Below, one piece after another: positions 27,244 to 37,050 of a stretch of 64,000 nt of DNA (position 1 is the first letter of the stretch; every line of letters begins with the position of its first letter). The notes beneath the pieces were generated by a model, which did no database searches, was not told where the DNA came from, and saw only the letters and a program-made list of their open reading frames with translations. The stretch is from Bradymonadia bacterium. GTDB lineage: Bacteria > Myxococcota_A > Bradymonadia > UBA7976 > UBA1532. Made by a program: the position numbers and the translations under genes. Location: assembly GCA_046290225.1 (NCBI GenBank), contig JBKAGE010000038.1, forward strand, positions 64,001-128,000. Reading direction: 5' to 3'.

Positions 27244-28665
27244 ATGAAGTCTCGCGCCCTGTTCCTTGCTTTGGTGTGTGTGGCTGCGGCCTGTGCAGAG
27301 GATCGCGAGACACGGAGTACTGATGCACCATCTGAGGCCGCACAGCTCACGATCACGCTGACCCCTGAGGGATTGAGCTGGCGCGCCCCCGAAGGACACC
27401 CGCTCAGCGGCGTACAGCTCGTAGCGCCCCCTGGAGCAGTCGATGAATCCGTCGATCTGACCCTCAGGCTCTCTGGCGCCGACATCCCGCTCCCCGCCCG
27501 GGCCTACCCACTGGGCCCCTATGTCACCCTCGAGCCCCAGAGTCTGAAGCTCTCGGCCCCCATCACGGTCACCGTGCCGGTGATCCCCGGTGTCGGCGCC
27601 GCTTCGGGCATCGACATCTACGGGGTCAAGGTCTGGTACCTGCGCGACGACGACTGGGATCTCGTAGATCCTCTGGCGATCCACGACGACTCGACGACGA
27701 TTCAGCTCCAGAGCGGAGGCACACTCGGCGCCGGCGTGAAGTTCGAAGTGCCTGAGGCCATGCTCTCGTGCCCTGAAGGCTGTGACGAGGTTGTTCAGGT
27801 GGCCGACGGCGTACACACGCTCGAGCCGGGCCCGAGACGGGGTGGCGTGCTGCCCTCTCTCGTCGCCACCGAGAATGGCCCGCTCTCCATCGAAGTGACC
27901 GAGCACGATGGCCAGCTGGCGCTCAGCGCTGTCGGCTTCGAAGAGACCACCCTCGTGGAGACGCCCTGGGCCTGGAGCGCCCTGGCTTCAGGTGAGGTCG
28001 AGTCGTTCAGGAGCGGCGCTCAGGTGAGACTCGCCGGTGCTCTCGCGATCTTCGAGCAAGGCGCCGGCCGCCTCGTGACGCCCCTGGCCGACGAGGTGAT
28101 CCTGAGCCTGACCGAGGCGGGCGCCCCAGTGAGCCTCACCCGAGAGGACGATGCCCTCGTCATCCTCGTCGACCACATGCCTCTCGTGACGATCGACCTC
28201 GACCGTACGTTGAGCACTCTGGATCGCTGCACCCAACACGGGTCGATGCTCGCCTGCGCCCTGGGCGGCCATGTGGTGACGGTGAACACCGAGACGGGGA
28301 TGTCTGCGGTCCATCCCCTCCCTTGCAACGGGCCCGGCCAATTCATTGACCTGGAGCTGGCCCCCTTTGGTGAGGCCCTCCAGCCTTGGGTGGCCTGCAA
28401 CGACACCGGCCTCTGGGCGGGTGAGATGCACGTCCTGCCGTCTTTGAGATCGATTGGTGTGGTGACAGGCATCGAACGTGGCCCGGAAGGTGTGCTGGCC
28501 ACCCTCGCCGACGCCTCCGCAGTGGCAGAGATCACCGCCGAGGGCACCACCCACTTCGACTTCGGCGCCCTGGCCCCTGAAGCCACCGCAGAGGCGGTCA
28601 CCTTCGACGGCGCCCAGATCCTCGTGCGGCTGTCCACCGGCGGCATCTTGCGCTTCGCACCCTGA
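27244..28665 (+). CDS. Lipoprotein with ZU5-like N-terminal domain
   Basis: AAAC lipobox; VQLVAPPGAV..LGPYVTLEPQSLKLSAPITVTVP. Confidence 0.65.
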   Translation: MKSRALFLALVCVAAACAEDRETRSTDAPSEAAQLTITLTPEGLSWRAPEGHPLSGVQLVAPPGAVDESVDLTLRLSGADIPLPARAYPLGPYVTLEPQSLKLSAPITVTVPVIPGVGAASGIDIYGVKVWYLRDDDWDLVDPLAIHDDSTTIQLQSGGTLGAGVKFEVPEAMLSCPEGCDEVVQVADGVHTLEPGPRRGGVLPSLVATENGPLSIEVTEHDGQLALSAVGFEETTLVETPWAWSALASGEVESFRSGAQVRLAGALAIFEQGAGRLVTPLADEVILSLTEAGAPVSLTREDDALVILVDHMPLVTIDLDRTLSTLDRCTQHGSMLACALGGHVVTVNTETGMSAVHPLPCNGPGQFIDLELAPFGEALQPWVACNDTGLWAGEMHVLPSLRSIGVVTGIERGPEGVLATLADASAVAEITAEGTTHFDFGALAPEATAEAVTFDGAQILVRLSTGGILRFAP

Positions 28666-28737
28666 GCGCCATCACAATTTGCCACCACAACGGGGTTTCG
28701 CTTTCCTATGGGGCCATCGCCCGCATCTGAGAGCACC

Positions 28738-29838
28738 ATGTACGACGCAGACACCTCCCTGCTCGACCCCCGAATCAACCTGCTCGATCTCGCGCCCGAA
28801 GAGGTCGAGGCGCTGCTGGTCCGTCTGGACACCAGCCGCCACCGGGCCGGTGATCTCTTGAAGGGACTTCACCGGGAAGGTGCCGTCGACATCGAAGATC
28901 TCACCTGTCTCAACGGCAGGCTGCGACGACGGCTCGCCGAAGTGGCCTATATCAAGGCGCCGACGGTGCACACCGAGGCCCGCTCCTCAGACGGCACCAT
29001 CAAATGGGTGATGTCCGTGGGCACCGACGCTGTGGAGACGGTGTACATCCCCGAAGGGCGCCGGGGCACGCTGTGTGTCTCGAGCCAGGCGGGGTGTGCC
29101 CTGGCCTGCACCTTCTGCTCCACCGGTCGTCAGGGCTTCAACCGGAACTTGTCGGTGAGCGAGATCATCGGCCAGCTCTATCGCGCCTCGGCCCGTTTGA
29201 AGGCCCTTGGGGTCGAGACAGGCATCACCCACATCGTGATGATGGGCATGGGCGAGCCCCTGCTGAACTTCAAGGCCCTGGTGAAGGCCCTCAAGCTGAT
29301 GCTCTATCCCCGGGCCTGGGCGCTCTCCCACAACCGGATCACGGTGAGCACCTCTGGGGTGCTGCCGGCGATGGAGCGCCTGAAGGAGGCACTGCCGGTG
29401 TCCATGTCAGTGTCGCTCCACGCCCCCACTGACGATCTGCGAGATGTTCTGGTGCCTCTCAATCAGAAGTACCCCCTTGAGCAGCTCATGGACACGTGCC
29501 GCCGGTACTTCCCTGCAGGGAGCAAGCGGGTCATCACCTTCGAATATGTGATGCTTGACGGCGTGAACGACAGCCTTGAGCACGCCGAGGCCCTGCTCCG
29601 ATGCCTGGACGGCACACCGGGCAAGCTCAACCTGATCCCCTTCAACCCGTTCCCCGGTGCGCCCTATCGCTGCTCGACCGATGCACAGATGCGGGCGTTT
29701 CAAGCGCACCTCGTCGCTGGGGGGCGCAACACGATCACCCGCAAGACGCGGGGGCAGGACATCGATGCAGCGTGTGGTCAGCTGGTGGGCTCGGTCTCTG
29801 ATCGCACCGGGCGAGTCGCCCGCGAGCAGCAACGCTGA
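28738..29838 (+). CDS. rlmN: Dual-specificity RNA methyltransferase RlmN (radical SAM)
   Basis: LCVSSQAGCALACTFC, MGMGEP, SLHAP, NLIPFN, DIDAACGQL. Confidence 0.96.
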   Translation: MYDADTSLLDPRINLLDLAPEEVEALLVRLDTSRHRAGDLLKGLHREGAVDIEDLTCLNGRLRRRLAEVAYIKAPTVHTEARSSDGTIKWVMSVGTDAVETVYIPEGRRGTLCVSSQAGCALACTFCSTGRQGFNRNLSVSEIIGQLYRASARLKALGVETGITHIVMMGMGEPLLNFKALVKALKLMLYPRAWALSHNRITVSTSGVLPAMERLKEALPVSMSVSLHAPTDDLRDVLVPLNQKYPLEQLMDTCRRYFPAGSKRVITFEYVMLDGVNDSLEHAEALLRCLDGTPGKLNLIPFNPFPGAPYRCSTDAQMRAFQAHLVAGGRNTITRKTRGQDIDAACGQLVGSVSDRTGRVAREQQR

Positions 29839-29841
29839 AGC

Positions 29842-30378
29842 TTACTGCCTGCCCCACAGGATCGAGGCTCGCTTCTCTGCGTGCTCCCGCCGATTGATGA
29901 GCCCTTCGTCGAGAAGATGATCCAGCAACGACAGGCGCTGAGTGCGAGAGCGCTCTATTGTGCCGGACGCTCGCGGTGCCTGAGAGGCAGACGCCGAGGG
30001 TGCGCTTGATGCCGACGTCTCACCTGAGAGAGCCTCGTCGATCAGACGGCCGAGCTTGTCGGTGAGCTGACGCTTCAGCTGGGGCTCGTGCACAAAGTGC
30101 CCTGGGATGCCCGGCACCCGGGCTGTACCGCTGATGCGTACCCCCAGCTGGCAGCTGTGGCCCTCGGGGGCGATGCCCACTTCGAAGGTCAGGTGGCTCT
30201 CTTCACCTTCCAGCACTGCGGTGATGATGGTGGGCGCCTTCTGCTCGATCACCTGCAGACGCTGGCGTCGGCGAGGCCAGCGTCTCAGCGCAGTCAGCAC
30301 CGCTTCGAAGATCTCCTCTGCCCCGCGCTCATGACGACTCACAAGCAGCGCTGGTGTCTCGAGGGTGTGTTGCCCCAT
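29842..30378 (-). CDS. Hypothetical protein with C-terminal SHOCT-like motif
   Basis: LDHLLDEGLINRREHAEKRASIL; TAATG coupling to the upstream gene. Confidence 0.7.
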   Translation of the reverse strand: MGQHTLETPALLVSRHERGAEEIFEAVLTALRRWPRRRQRLQVIEQKAPTIITAVLEGEESHLTFEVGIAPEGHSCQLGVRISGTARVPGIPGHFVHEPQLKRQLTDKLGRLIDEALSGETSASSAPSASASQAPRASGTIERSRTQRLSLLDHLLDEGLINRREHAEKRASILWGRQ

Positions 30379-31010
30379 TACAGCGTCTCCAGGATCTCCG
30401 CTTTCTTGGCGGCATACTCGTCGTCGGAGATCAGCCCCTGGGCCCAGATGTTCGCCAGGCGCCGCAGGCGCTGCGTGATCTCGTCTTCCTCCGGCTGCCA
30501 GCCGTCCTCTGTCGAGGGCTCGGCCCGTCGCCGATCAGCCTCGGCCCGGGCGCGCTTCGGATCAAAGGCCTCCCGGGCCTTGACTGCCTCGGCCTTGTAG
30601 ACCTCGCGGATCTCCTCATCTTTCATGCCGCCCCGGCGGTACCAGGCCTGCACCACCTTGCCCAGGGCACGAGTGGAGACAAACATCAGCGGGGCCATGG
30701 CCAGCCCGCCGATGAATGGCAGGAACGTCTTCGCCGCCAGGGAGATGGCCCGGGTGCCCAGCCACGACACACCGATGACCGCGCCGATACGGGCCACCAG
30801 CCGCCCCGCCTCGGCATCGGTCACTGTGTGACCGTAGTGGCGACCGATGCCCACCACCATGCCCACGTGGATCGGCAGGATCGCCACCAGCTCGCTCCCG
30901 GGGATCGGCACCAGAGTGGCCGCTGCTGCGCCATAGCTGCAGCCATCGATCAGCAGCCGCACGGCTTTGTCTTTCTCGTCTTGTCGTCTCGGTCGACCAC
31001 GCATTGTCAT
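30378..31010 (-). CDS. DUF697-like membrane protein with C-terminal SHOCT
   Basis: AAAATLVPIPGSE..IHVGMV..IGRHYG; QGLISDDEYAAKKAEIL. Confidence 0.8.
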   Translation of the reverse strand: MTMRGRPRRQDEKDKAVRLLIDGCSYGAAAATLVPIPGSELVAILPIHVGMVVGIGRHYGHTVTDAEAGRLVARIGAVIGVSWLGTRAISLAAKTFLPFIGGLAMAPLMFVSTRALGKVVQAWYRRGGMKDEEIREVYKAEAVKAREAFDPKRARAEADRRRAEPSTEDGWQPEEDEITQRLRRLANIWAQGLISDDEYAAKKAEILETL

Positions 31011-31135
31011 GTATGCCCTCCATCATCGTGTCGGGGTTTTCATATCACGCCCGGGTCGATATATCTGCGGCCCCTTCAGCAGCGCAGCTGTGTCTGCGCC
31101 ATGGACAGCTCGCCCCTTTGACCTGGGAGCCACTG

Positions 31136-32002
31136 ATGAGCCTCTGGTACACCGAGACCTACAACGATCGCACCCGGACCGGCGTCCGGGTCACCGAGAC
31201 CCTCTTCTCTGCGGAGAGCGCCTTCCAGACCATCGAGGTCTTCGACACGCCGCAGTACGGCAAGGTGCTGGTGCTCGACGGCCTGTTTCAGACCAGCGAG
31301 GGCGAGGAGCACCTCTATCACGAGATGCTGGTACACCCGGCCATGACCGTGGCGCCCAAGATCGAGCGCGTGCTGGTCATCGGCGGCGGTGACGGTGGGA
31401 CGGCCCGGGAGGTCCTGCGACACCCCGGTGTGCAGCAGGTGGTCATGGTGGAGATCGATCCCATGGTGGTCGAGGCCTGTAAGACCCACATGCCTGCCCT
31501 CAATGATGGCGCCTTCGAAGATCCGCGGATGACACTGCGCATCGAAGACGCAGTAAAGTACGTCGCCGAGCTGGCGCCGGGCACCTTCGACGTGGCCATC
31601 CTCGACGGCAGCGATCCCGTTGGGCCTTCTGAGGGCCTCTTCAACCGCAGCTTCCACGAGAGCGTGAAGCGTGCCCTCACCGACGAAGGCGTCTTCGCGG
31701 TGCAGAGCGAGAGCCCCATCATCTTCAAAGACGTCTTCGTCGAGCTGGTCCAGCTCATGGCCGAGGTGTTTCCCCAGGCGAAGCCCTGTTTTGGCAACGT
31801 GCCCCTCTACGGCGGCGCTGGCTGGTCCTGGACGGTGGCGAGCATGAACCCCGAGCTCGATCTGCTCGCGCCCAGAGCCGATCGCCTCGAGCACATCGTG
31901 GCCCGCTGCAAGCACTACAACGCCGACATCCACCGCGGCGCCTTCGCCATGCCCAACAACATCAGAGCGATGCTGGAGACGCCGGCTCAGCAGGAGGGCT
32001 GA
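31136..32002 (+). CDS. speE: Spermidine synthase (polyamine aminopropyltransferase)
   Basis: GKVLVLDG, YHEMLVH, VLVIGGGDGG, VEID, DGSDPVGP. Confidence 0.95.
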   Translation: MSLWYTETYNDRTRTGVRVTETLFSAESAFQTIEVFDTPQYGKVLVLDGLFQTSEGEEHLYHEMLVHPAMTVAPKIERVLVIGGGDGGTAREVLRHPGVQQVVMVEIDPMVVEACKTHMPALNDGAFEDPRMTLRIEDAVKYVAELAPGTFDVAILDGSDPVGPSEGLFNRSFHESVKRALTDEGVFAVQSESPIIFKDVFVELVQLMAEVFPQAKPCFGNVPLYGGAGWSWTVASMNPELDLLAPRADRLEHIVARCKHYNADIHRGAFAMPNNIRAMLETPAQQEG

Positions 32003-33461
32003 AGATCTCTGGGGCTTTGCTCGGCCAGATCGAACCCACGAGTGCGCCAAAGATCGCGCCACCCAGATGCCCGGCGAAGCTCACCTGAGGCATCAGCACG
32101 TCGAAGAGTGACTGAGCCAGCCACAACATCAGCCCGCCTGAAGCCACAGCACGGGCGGTGAGGGTGCCCACGAGACCGCGGCGCACCCAGGCCACGGCCA
32201 CAAGGGCCCCCATGAGGCCCATCACCCCACCAGAGGCACCGAGGGTGATGCCGTACTGGCCGAAGAAGGCGATGCACAGCCCCCCGCCGATGACCGAGCT
32301 CACGAAGACCGCGACGCCACCCCACAGGCCATAGAGTCGCTGGATGATGGGGGCCAGCACGGCGATGCCGCACAGGTTGGTTGCCAGATGCAGACCCCCC
32401 TGGTGCAGCCAGCCGTAGGTCACCAGACGCCACGGGCTCTCGCTCCAAAGGTCCGTGGCGTCCACCACCATCGCCCACTCTTCCACCGACAGGCGCCACT
32501 CGAGGAGGCTCCACCCCAACACGAGGGGCAATGAGAAGACCACCAGCATGCTGAGGATCAGGGCCAGGGTGAGGCCGCTCTGGTGCGGGCGCCCCAGTCT
32601 GAACGACAGCCCGGCCCGGATCTCGGGACCAAGGCGGTCGAGGAGGGCGTGGGTCTCGGGCAGCACAGCCGCCGGTGCAGGCATGCTCTTCAGGCGCCGC
32701 CGGGCCAGGGCCCGCACGCCCAAGGGCATACCTTCGCCTTCTGCAATGGGCTCAAGGCGCCGACGCGCAGTCTCTGCATCCCCAGCAGCCGCTTCCGCCG
32801 TGGCGATCCAGACCTCGGCGAGAGGCGCAGGCAACCTCAGCACCTGCCCGAGGGCCCTCACCCACCGTACCCGACCCGCAAAGGCCAGCGGAGGCAGAGC
32901 GAGCCAACGGGCATGGCGCAGGCGCCCCAGCGTCATGCGCCGCGTGGACCAGCGCCGCGCCATGAGCTCGGTGGCCTCGTGTAGCTGACCGAGCTCGCAC
33001 AACGCCCTGACCTGGATGTCGGCGGCCTGGCTGTTCGCCGCACGAGACCATTGATCTGTCGCTGCAAGCAGCCAGTCCCTGAGGGCCTCTGCGCTCGCGC
33101 TCGAAGATGCAGCGAAGGTGTCGATGAGGGCGTGGGCGGCCTCGGGCTGCCCCTCGGCGAGGGCGCTCAGGGCGTCGAGAGTGGGCACCAGCCCCCGTCG
33201 TCCCATGGCCATTTTGTCGAGCATGCGGGCCCATCGACTCGCCCGACGCAGGCGCCCCTGACGCAGCGCCCGCGTGAGGCCCCATTGCGCCAGCACAGGC
33301 AACACGAGGCTGGGCGCGGCGATGGCCACGGCCATCCAGAGCGGCCACTCCAGCTCCGCTGCCGTGCCATAGGCCACAGCGGCGATGACGCCGAGGGACA
33401 ACACACTGCGCACGCGCAGCCGACGCCGACGCACGGAAGCGATGAGGTGGCCGAACGCCAC
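31962..33461 (-). CDS. Rhomboid intramembrane serine protease with long N-terminal extension
   Basis: WRLVTYGWLH..HLATN, GASG, HLGGAIFG. Confidence 0.85.
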   Translation of the reverse strand: MAFGHLIASVRRRRLRVRSVLSLGVIAAVAYGTAAELEWPLWMAVAIAAPSLVLPVLAQWGLTRALRQGRLRRASRWARMLDKMAMGRRGLVPTLDALSALAEGQPEAAHALIDTFAASSSASAEALRDWLLAATDQWSRAANSQAADIQVRALCELGQLHEATELMARRWSTRRMTLGRLRHARWLALPPLAFAGRVRWVRALGQVLRLPAPLAEVWIATAEAAAGDAETARRRLEPIAEGEGMPLGVRALARRRLKSMPAPAAVLPETHALLDRLGPEIRAGLSFRLGRPHQSGLTLALILSMLVVFSLPLVLGWSLLEWRLSVEEWAMVVDATDLWSESPWRLVTYGWLHQGGLHLATNLCGIAVLAPIIQRLYGLWGGVAVFVSSVIGGGLCIAFFGQYGITLGASGGVMGLMGALVAVAWVRRGLVGTLTARAVASGGLMLWLAQSLFDVLMPQVSFAGHLGGAIFGALVGSIWPSKAPEIFSPPAEPASPASL

Positions 33462-33511
33462 CCCGACGCATACAAAGGCGAGGAGGTGCAGCAGGCTCAG
33501 AGGCGCTCTCC

Positions 33512-33847
33512 TCAGCCCGGAGGCCAGTGGAGGGCGCGACCGCCAATGACGTGAACGTGCAGATGGAACACAGTCTGGCCAGCCCCAGCGCCATTGTTGA
33601 TGACCGTGCGGAAGTCTTTGAAGCCTTGAGCGTGGGCCACCTTCGCCGCCACCCGCATGAGGTGGCCGAGCAAGGCTTCGTCACCGTCTTCAACGGCGTC
33701 GAGCTGTGCGATCTCCTTGCGGGGGATCACCAGCAGATGCAGAGGGGCGGCGGGGTTGATGTCACGAAAAGCGATGCACAGTTCGTCTTCGTAGACGCGA
33801 TCGCTGGGGATCTCCCCGCTGAGGATTTTGCTGAAAATCGTGGGCAT
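33512..33847 (-). CDS. hinT: Histidine triad nucleotide-binding protein (HinT/PKCI-like)
   Basis: TIFSKIL, AFRDINPAAP, GQTVFHLHVHVIGGR..WPPG. Confidence 0.93.
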   Translation of the reverse strand: MPTIFSKILSGEIPSDRVYEDELCIAFRDINPAAPLHLLVIPRKEIAQLDAVEDGDEALLGHLMRVAAKVAHAQGFKDFRTVINNGAGAGQTVFHLHVHVIGGRALHWPPG

Positions 33848-33923
33848 GAACGCCTCCGGTCATTGAAGGCGTCAGCATACACCAGGCGCATGCGAATCGC
33901 CTGCGCCTGGTGTATCGGCACTC

Positions 33924-35639
33924 TCAGGGACAGACGTTGTCGGCCCCAGGGCTCGGGGCAGCGAGCGCGAAGTCGGTGGCGTTGTCGTCACTGTCTGGCC
34001 CACAGCGACTATACGCCTCTGCCCCATTCTCACCTTCGAGGGACATCCCCTCACCGACGCCGGCCATCTCGCCTTCGTACGCCACACCATCCACGAGGGT
34101 ACCACCCTGCACCAGGCGCACCCCGTCAGGGGCGCCGTTCTGCAGGAAGTTCGCCGAGGCTTCGAGGGTGAGCACCCCCTCAGGCACGGCATTGATGATC
34201 GCGGGCACCCCGATGACGAGGTAGCCACCTGCGGGCAACTCGGCACCAGCCATCGACAACTCGAACCTGCCGTACACCCCGTTCCCGTTGCCGTTCACCG
34301 CCTCCACAACCAGACCGTTCAACGGCGCGGCTTCACCTGTGCCGTTGTAGATCTCCAGGAACTCGCCAGCGTCGGCCCCGGGCTGGTCATAGTCGATCTC
34401 GTTGATCACCAGAGCTGGGGCGTCACCGCCCATGCCCCCCATGGGCGCTCCGCCCATACCACCCTCGCCACCCATTCCGCCTTCGCCACCCATGCCGCCC
34501 ATGCCACCCATGCCACCCATGGGGGGATCGCCGAGTTCAAAGTCTTCAGCGACGCGGGGGTTGAGGCTGAACGTGCGCACGCCGCCGCGCTCGGTCACGC
34601 GAAGCACACCATCGACGCGGGGCGCCATCTGGCCCGCCACGGGCAGGGCGGGGAACGGCCCCAGGAAGTCGTCCACGAGCAAGTTCTCGCCCTCGGGGTT
34701 GGTGAGGGTGAAGTTGCCCGAGGCGTCGCTCACGCTGGCCACCACAGCACCGCGGATCGACAAGAGCATGCCCTCGAGGGCGTCATCTCCACCGCCCGTG
34801 GCGGCCACGGGCACAGTGGCCTCTCGAGGCATGATGACATCTGCGCCTTCGATGGAGAGGTTGGCCACCCGAGCCAGCTGACGCTGGGTGCGGAATTCCC
34901 CTGTGAAGCCCGTCACCGTCACCAGATCTCCAACGCTCGGGGCCGCGATCTCACAGTCGTCTTCGCAGGTATCGTCCCCGAGGTAGATCCAGATACCCTG
35001 GAATGCCCCGTCCCCTCTCGGGGACTGGATGGCCAGATTGGTGATCTCACCGTCGCCATTGGTCCGCACGGCGGTGACCACCCCTCGGGCCACCACCAGG
35101 GTGTCGAGGGGCGTCATGGTCCTGATCTCGGCGATGGGGGTCGGACAGCCGCCGAACCTGTCCGCAGGCTCGCCATCACAGGGTGCCTCACCACCCATGC
35201 CGCCTTCTCCACCCATGGGCAGGCCGCCGACGGGCTCGCCGCCCATACCGCCCTCTCCCCCCATGGGCTCACCACCGATGGGCATGCCGCCCACGGGCTC
35301 ACCCCCCATGCCACCTTCACCGCCGACAGGCATACCACCCACGGGCATGCCGCCGACGGGTTCACCGCCCACGGGCTCACCACCTGCTCCACCCTCAGGC
35401 ATGCCACCCACAGGCTCTCCCCCCATGGGCATACCGCCCATGCCACCTGCTCCACCGACGTCGATGATCATGCCGCCGACACCGGGCACCCCACCGCTGC
35501 CGGCGCCACCAGCGCCGCCGCGTCCGCCGGGCACACCGCGATCAGGCGAAGTGGCGCTCTCGTTTTCGCTCTCGCACCCCGCGAGGGCGAGCGCCCCCGT
35601 GAGCACAGCCCACAAAATCTTCTGTTGTGTGTATTGCAT
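33924..35639 (-). CDS. Lipoprotein with Gly/Met repeats, OB-fold-like region and lamin-tail domain
   Basis: ALAGC lipobox; GG(E/M)P(V/M) repeats; GVVTAV..GIWIY..VGDLVTVTG; LVINEIDYDQPG..EFLEIYN..SPG. Confidence 0.8.
   Translation of the reverse strand: MQYTQQKILWAVLTGALALAGCESENESATSPDRGVPGGRGGAGGAGSGGVPGVGGMIIDVGGAGGMGGMPMGGEPVGGMPEGGAGGEPVGGEPVGGMPVGGMPVGGEGGMGGEPVGGMPIGGEPMGGEGGMGGEPVGGLPMGGEGGMGGEAPCDGEPADRFGGCPTPIAEIRTMTPLDTLVVARGVVTAVRTNGDGEITNLAIQSPRGDGAFQGIWIYLGDDTCEDDCEIAAPSVGDLVTVTGFTGEFRTQRQLARVANLSIEGADVIMPREATVPVAATGGGDDALEGMLLSIRGAVVASVSDASGNFTLTNPEGENLLVDDFLGPFPALPVAGQMAPRVDGVLRVTERGGVRTFSLNPRVAEDFELGDPPMGGMGGMGGMGGEGGMGGEGGMGGAPMGGMGGDAPALVINEIDYDQPGADAGEFLEIYNGTGEAAPLNGLVVEAVNGNGNGVYGRFELSMAGAELPAGGYLVIGVPAIINAVPEGVLTLEASANFLQNGAPDGVRLVQGGTLVDGVAYEGEMAGVGEGMSLEGENGAEAYSRCGPDSDDNATDFALAAPSPGADNVCP
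35185..35460. repeat. Degenerate coding tandem repeats (GGEPV/GGMPV/GGEGGM)
   Basis: More than a dozen Gly-Gly-led short peptide units; a second GGM block at about 34430-34525. Confidence 0.8.
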
Positions 35640-35746
35640 GCTCGGCTCCCTGATGTGGCCTCCAGGGGAGGCTGAAGGGGCGGGAACCTATCACACGACT
35701 CGAATACGAAAGTGACAGCTTGGTGAAAGCTCGTCGTGCAGTGCGT

Positions 35747-36586
35747 TCAGGTGTCGTCGGTGTCTTCTGGCACAGCGGCAGAGGCCAGCAGCGCCCGAAC
35801 ATCGGGGTTGTTGGGCAGGAAGATCTTCGCCGAGGGGCTCATGGCGATCCGCTCGAGGGTCTCGAGGTACTTCAGGGCCATCAGATACTGCACGGCGTTG
35901 GCCTTGCCCATCTCCGCTGCCGCCTGGCGGAAGACTTCCATGTCGGCGTCCACCAACGTACGCACCGCCTGGGCGGTGCCCTCGGCCTTGAGGAATCGCG
36001 CCTGGCGCTCCCCTTCAGCCCGTGAGACCAGAGCGTTGCGCTCCCGCTCTGCGGACATCTGCTGCAGCATGGCACCGCTGGCTTCTTCGTTCGCCGCCCG
36101 CAGCTCCTGTACCTCGACGCGGTTGACCCGGACACCCCACTTCTTGCCTGTGGCTTCGACCTCGGCGAGCAGCCCCTCGTTGATGCGCCCGCGGGCGCCG
36201 AGGGCCTCGTTGAGGGTCATGGCACCGAGCAGGTTGCGCAGCGTGGTCACCGCCAGATCGGTGATCGAGCGGGGCAGGTTCTCCACCTCATACACCGCCC
36301 GCACCGGATCGACGATCTGCCAGAAGACCGAAGCGTCGGCGAGCATCTCCACGTTGTCTTGGGTGATGATGGTTCGGGGCTGCGTGTCGGTCTGCTGCTC
36401 TGCGAGCTCGACGAGGATCGACTTCTCGCGATGCTTCCGGCAGGCCTGGGGCCAGTCGGGCAGCATCTTCGGGGCATCGAGCATCGGCACCCTGAACCGC
36501 AGCCCGCTCTGGGCAATGCGATGGAACCGCCCGAGGCGCTCGAAGATGATCACCGTCGCCTGAGGCACCTGATACAGAATGGCCAC
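35747..36586 (-). CDS. SPFH/band-7 (stomatin/QmcA-like) protein
   Basis: IFERLGRF, IITQDNV, TTLRNLLG, WGVRVNRVE, AEGERQA. Confidence 0.9.
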   Translation of the reverse strand: MAILYQVPQATVIIFERLGRFHRIAQSGLRFRVPMLDAPKMLPDWPQACRKHREKSILVELAEQQTDTQPRTIITQDNVEMLADASVFWQIVDPVRAVYEVENLPRSITDLAVTTLRNLLGAMTLNEALGARGRINEGLLAEVEATGKKWGVRVNRVEVQELRAANEEASGAMLQQMSAERERNALVSRAEGERQARFLKAEGTAQAVRTLVDADMEVFRQAAAEMGKANAVQYLMALKYLETLERIAMSPSAKIFLPNNPDVRALLASAAVPEDTDDT

Positions 36587-36597
36587 GGGATCCTCCT

Positions 36598-37050
36598 CTA
36601 TGCCTGCAGGGGGCCCTCACAGTGAATCACGGGCGTCTGCTCGTCGAGAGCCACCACCCGCGCTGCCCCACCGACGACAGGGGACGGCGAGTCTTCAGCG
36701 AGGCGAGCAGACCAGAGATCGCCTTCCAGCTCGATCATGATCGGCTGAGGCTCGACCCGTTTCACCACACAGCGACTGCCCACGAGTCGATCGACGTTGG
36801 TTTGTATCCGCGCCGGGAACAAGCGCTCGGTCACCCGCTCACCATAACGCACCGCCAGTGACACCGTGATCACCATACCCCCGGCAGCGAGCCCCCACCG
36901 CCACCCCACGGCGACGCCCAGAGCTGCGAGGCCCCGCTCGATGAGCAGGGCGATGCCTGCACCGGAGAGCAGCCCCCCGGAAGGGATGACGAGGTCCACC
37001 AGGACCAGAGCCGCGCCCACGAGGGTGAGGATCAACGTGAGATCGTCCAC
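36598..37050 (-). CDS. NfeD-like short membrane protein
   Basis: TM segments plus OB tail (LVGSRCVV..GDLWSAR); directly upstream of the SPFH gene. Confidence 0.85.
   Translation of the reverse strand: MDDLTLILTLVGAALVLVDLVIPSGGLLSGAGIALLIERGLAALGVAVGWRWGLAAGGMVITVSLAVRYGERVTERLFPARIQTNVDRLVGSRCVVKRVEPQPIMIELEGDLWSARLAEDSPSPVVGGAARVVALDEQTPVIHCEGPLQA

Noticed and set aside
17116..32002. Agmatinase and speE as a polyamine gene cluster
   Set aside because: They are 13 kb apart with unrelated genes between; no speA or speD in the window
34430..35460. CRISPR-like or non-coding repeat array
   Set aside because: Repeats are in-frame, degenerate at third positions and encode Gly/Met linkers; no spacers or cas genes
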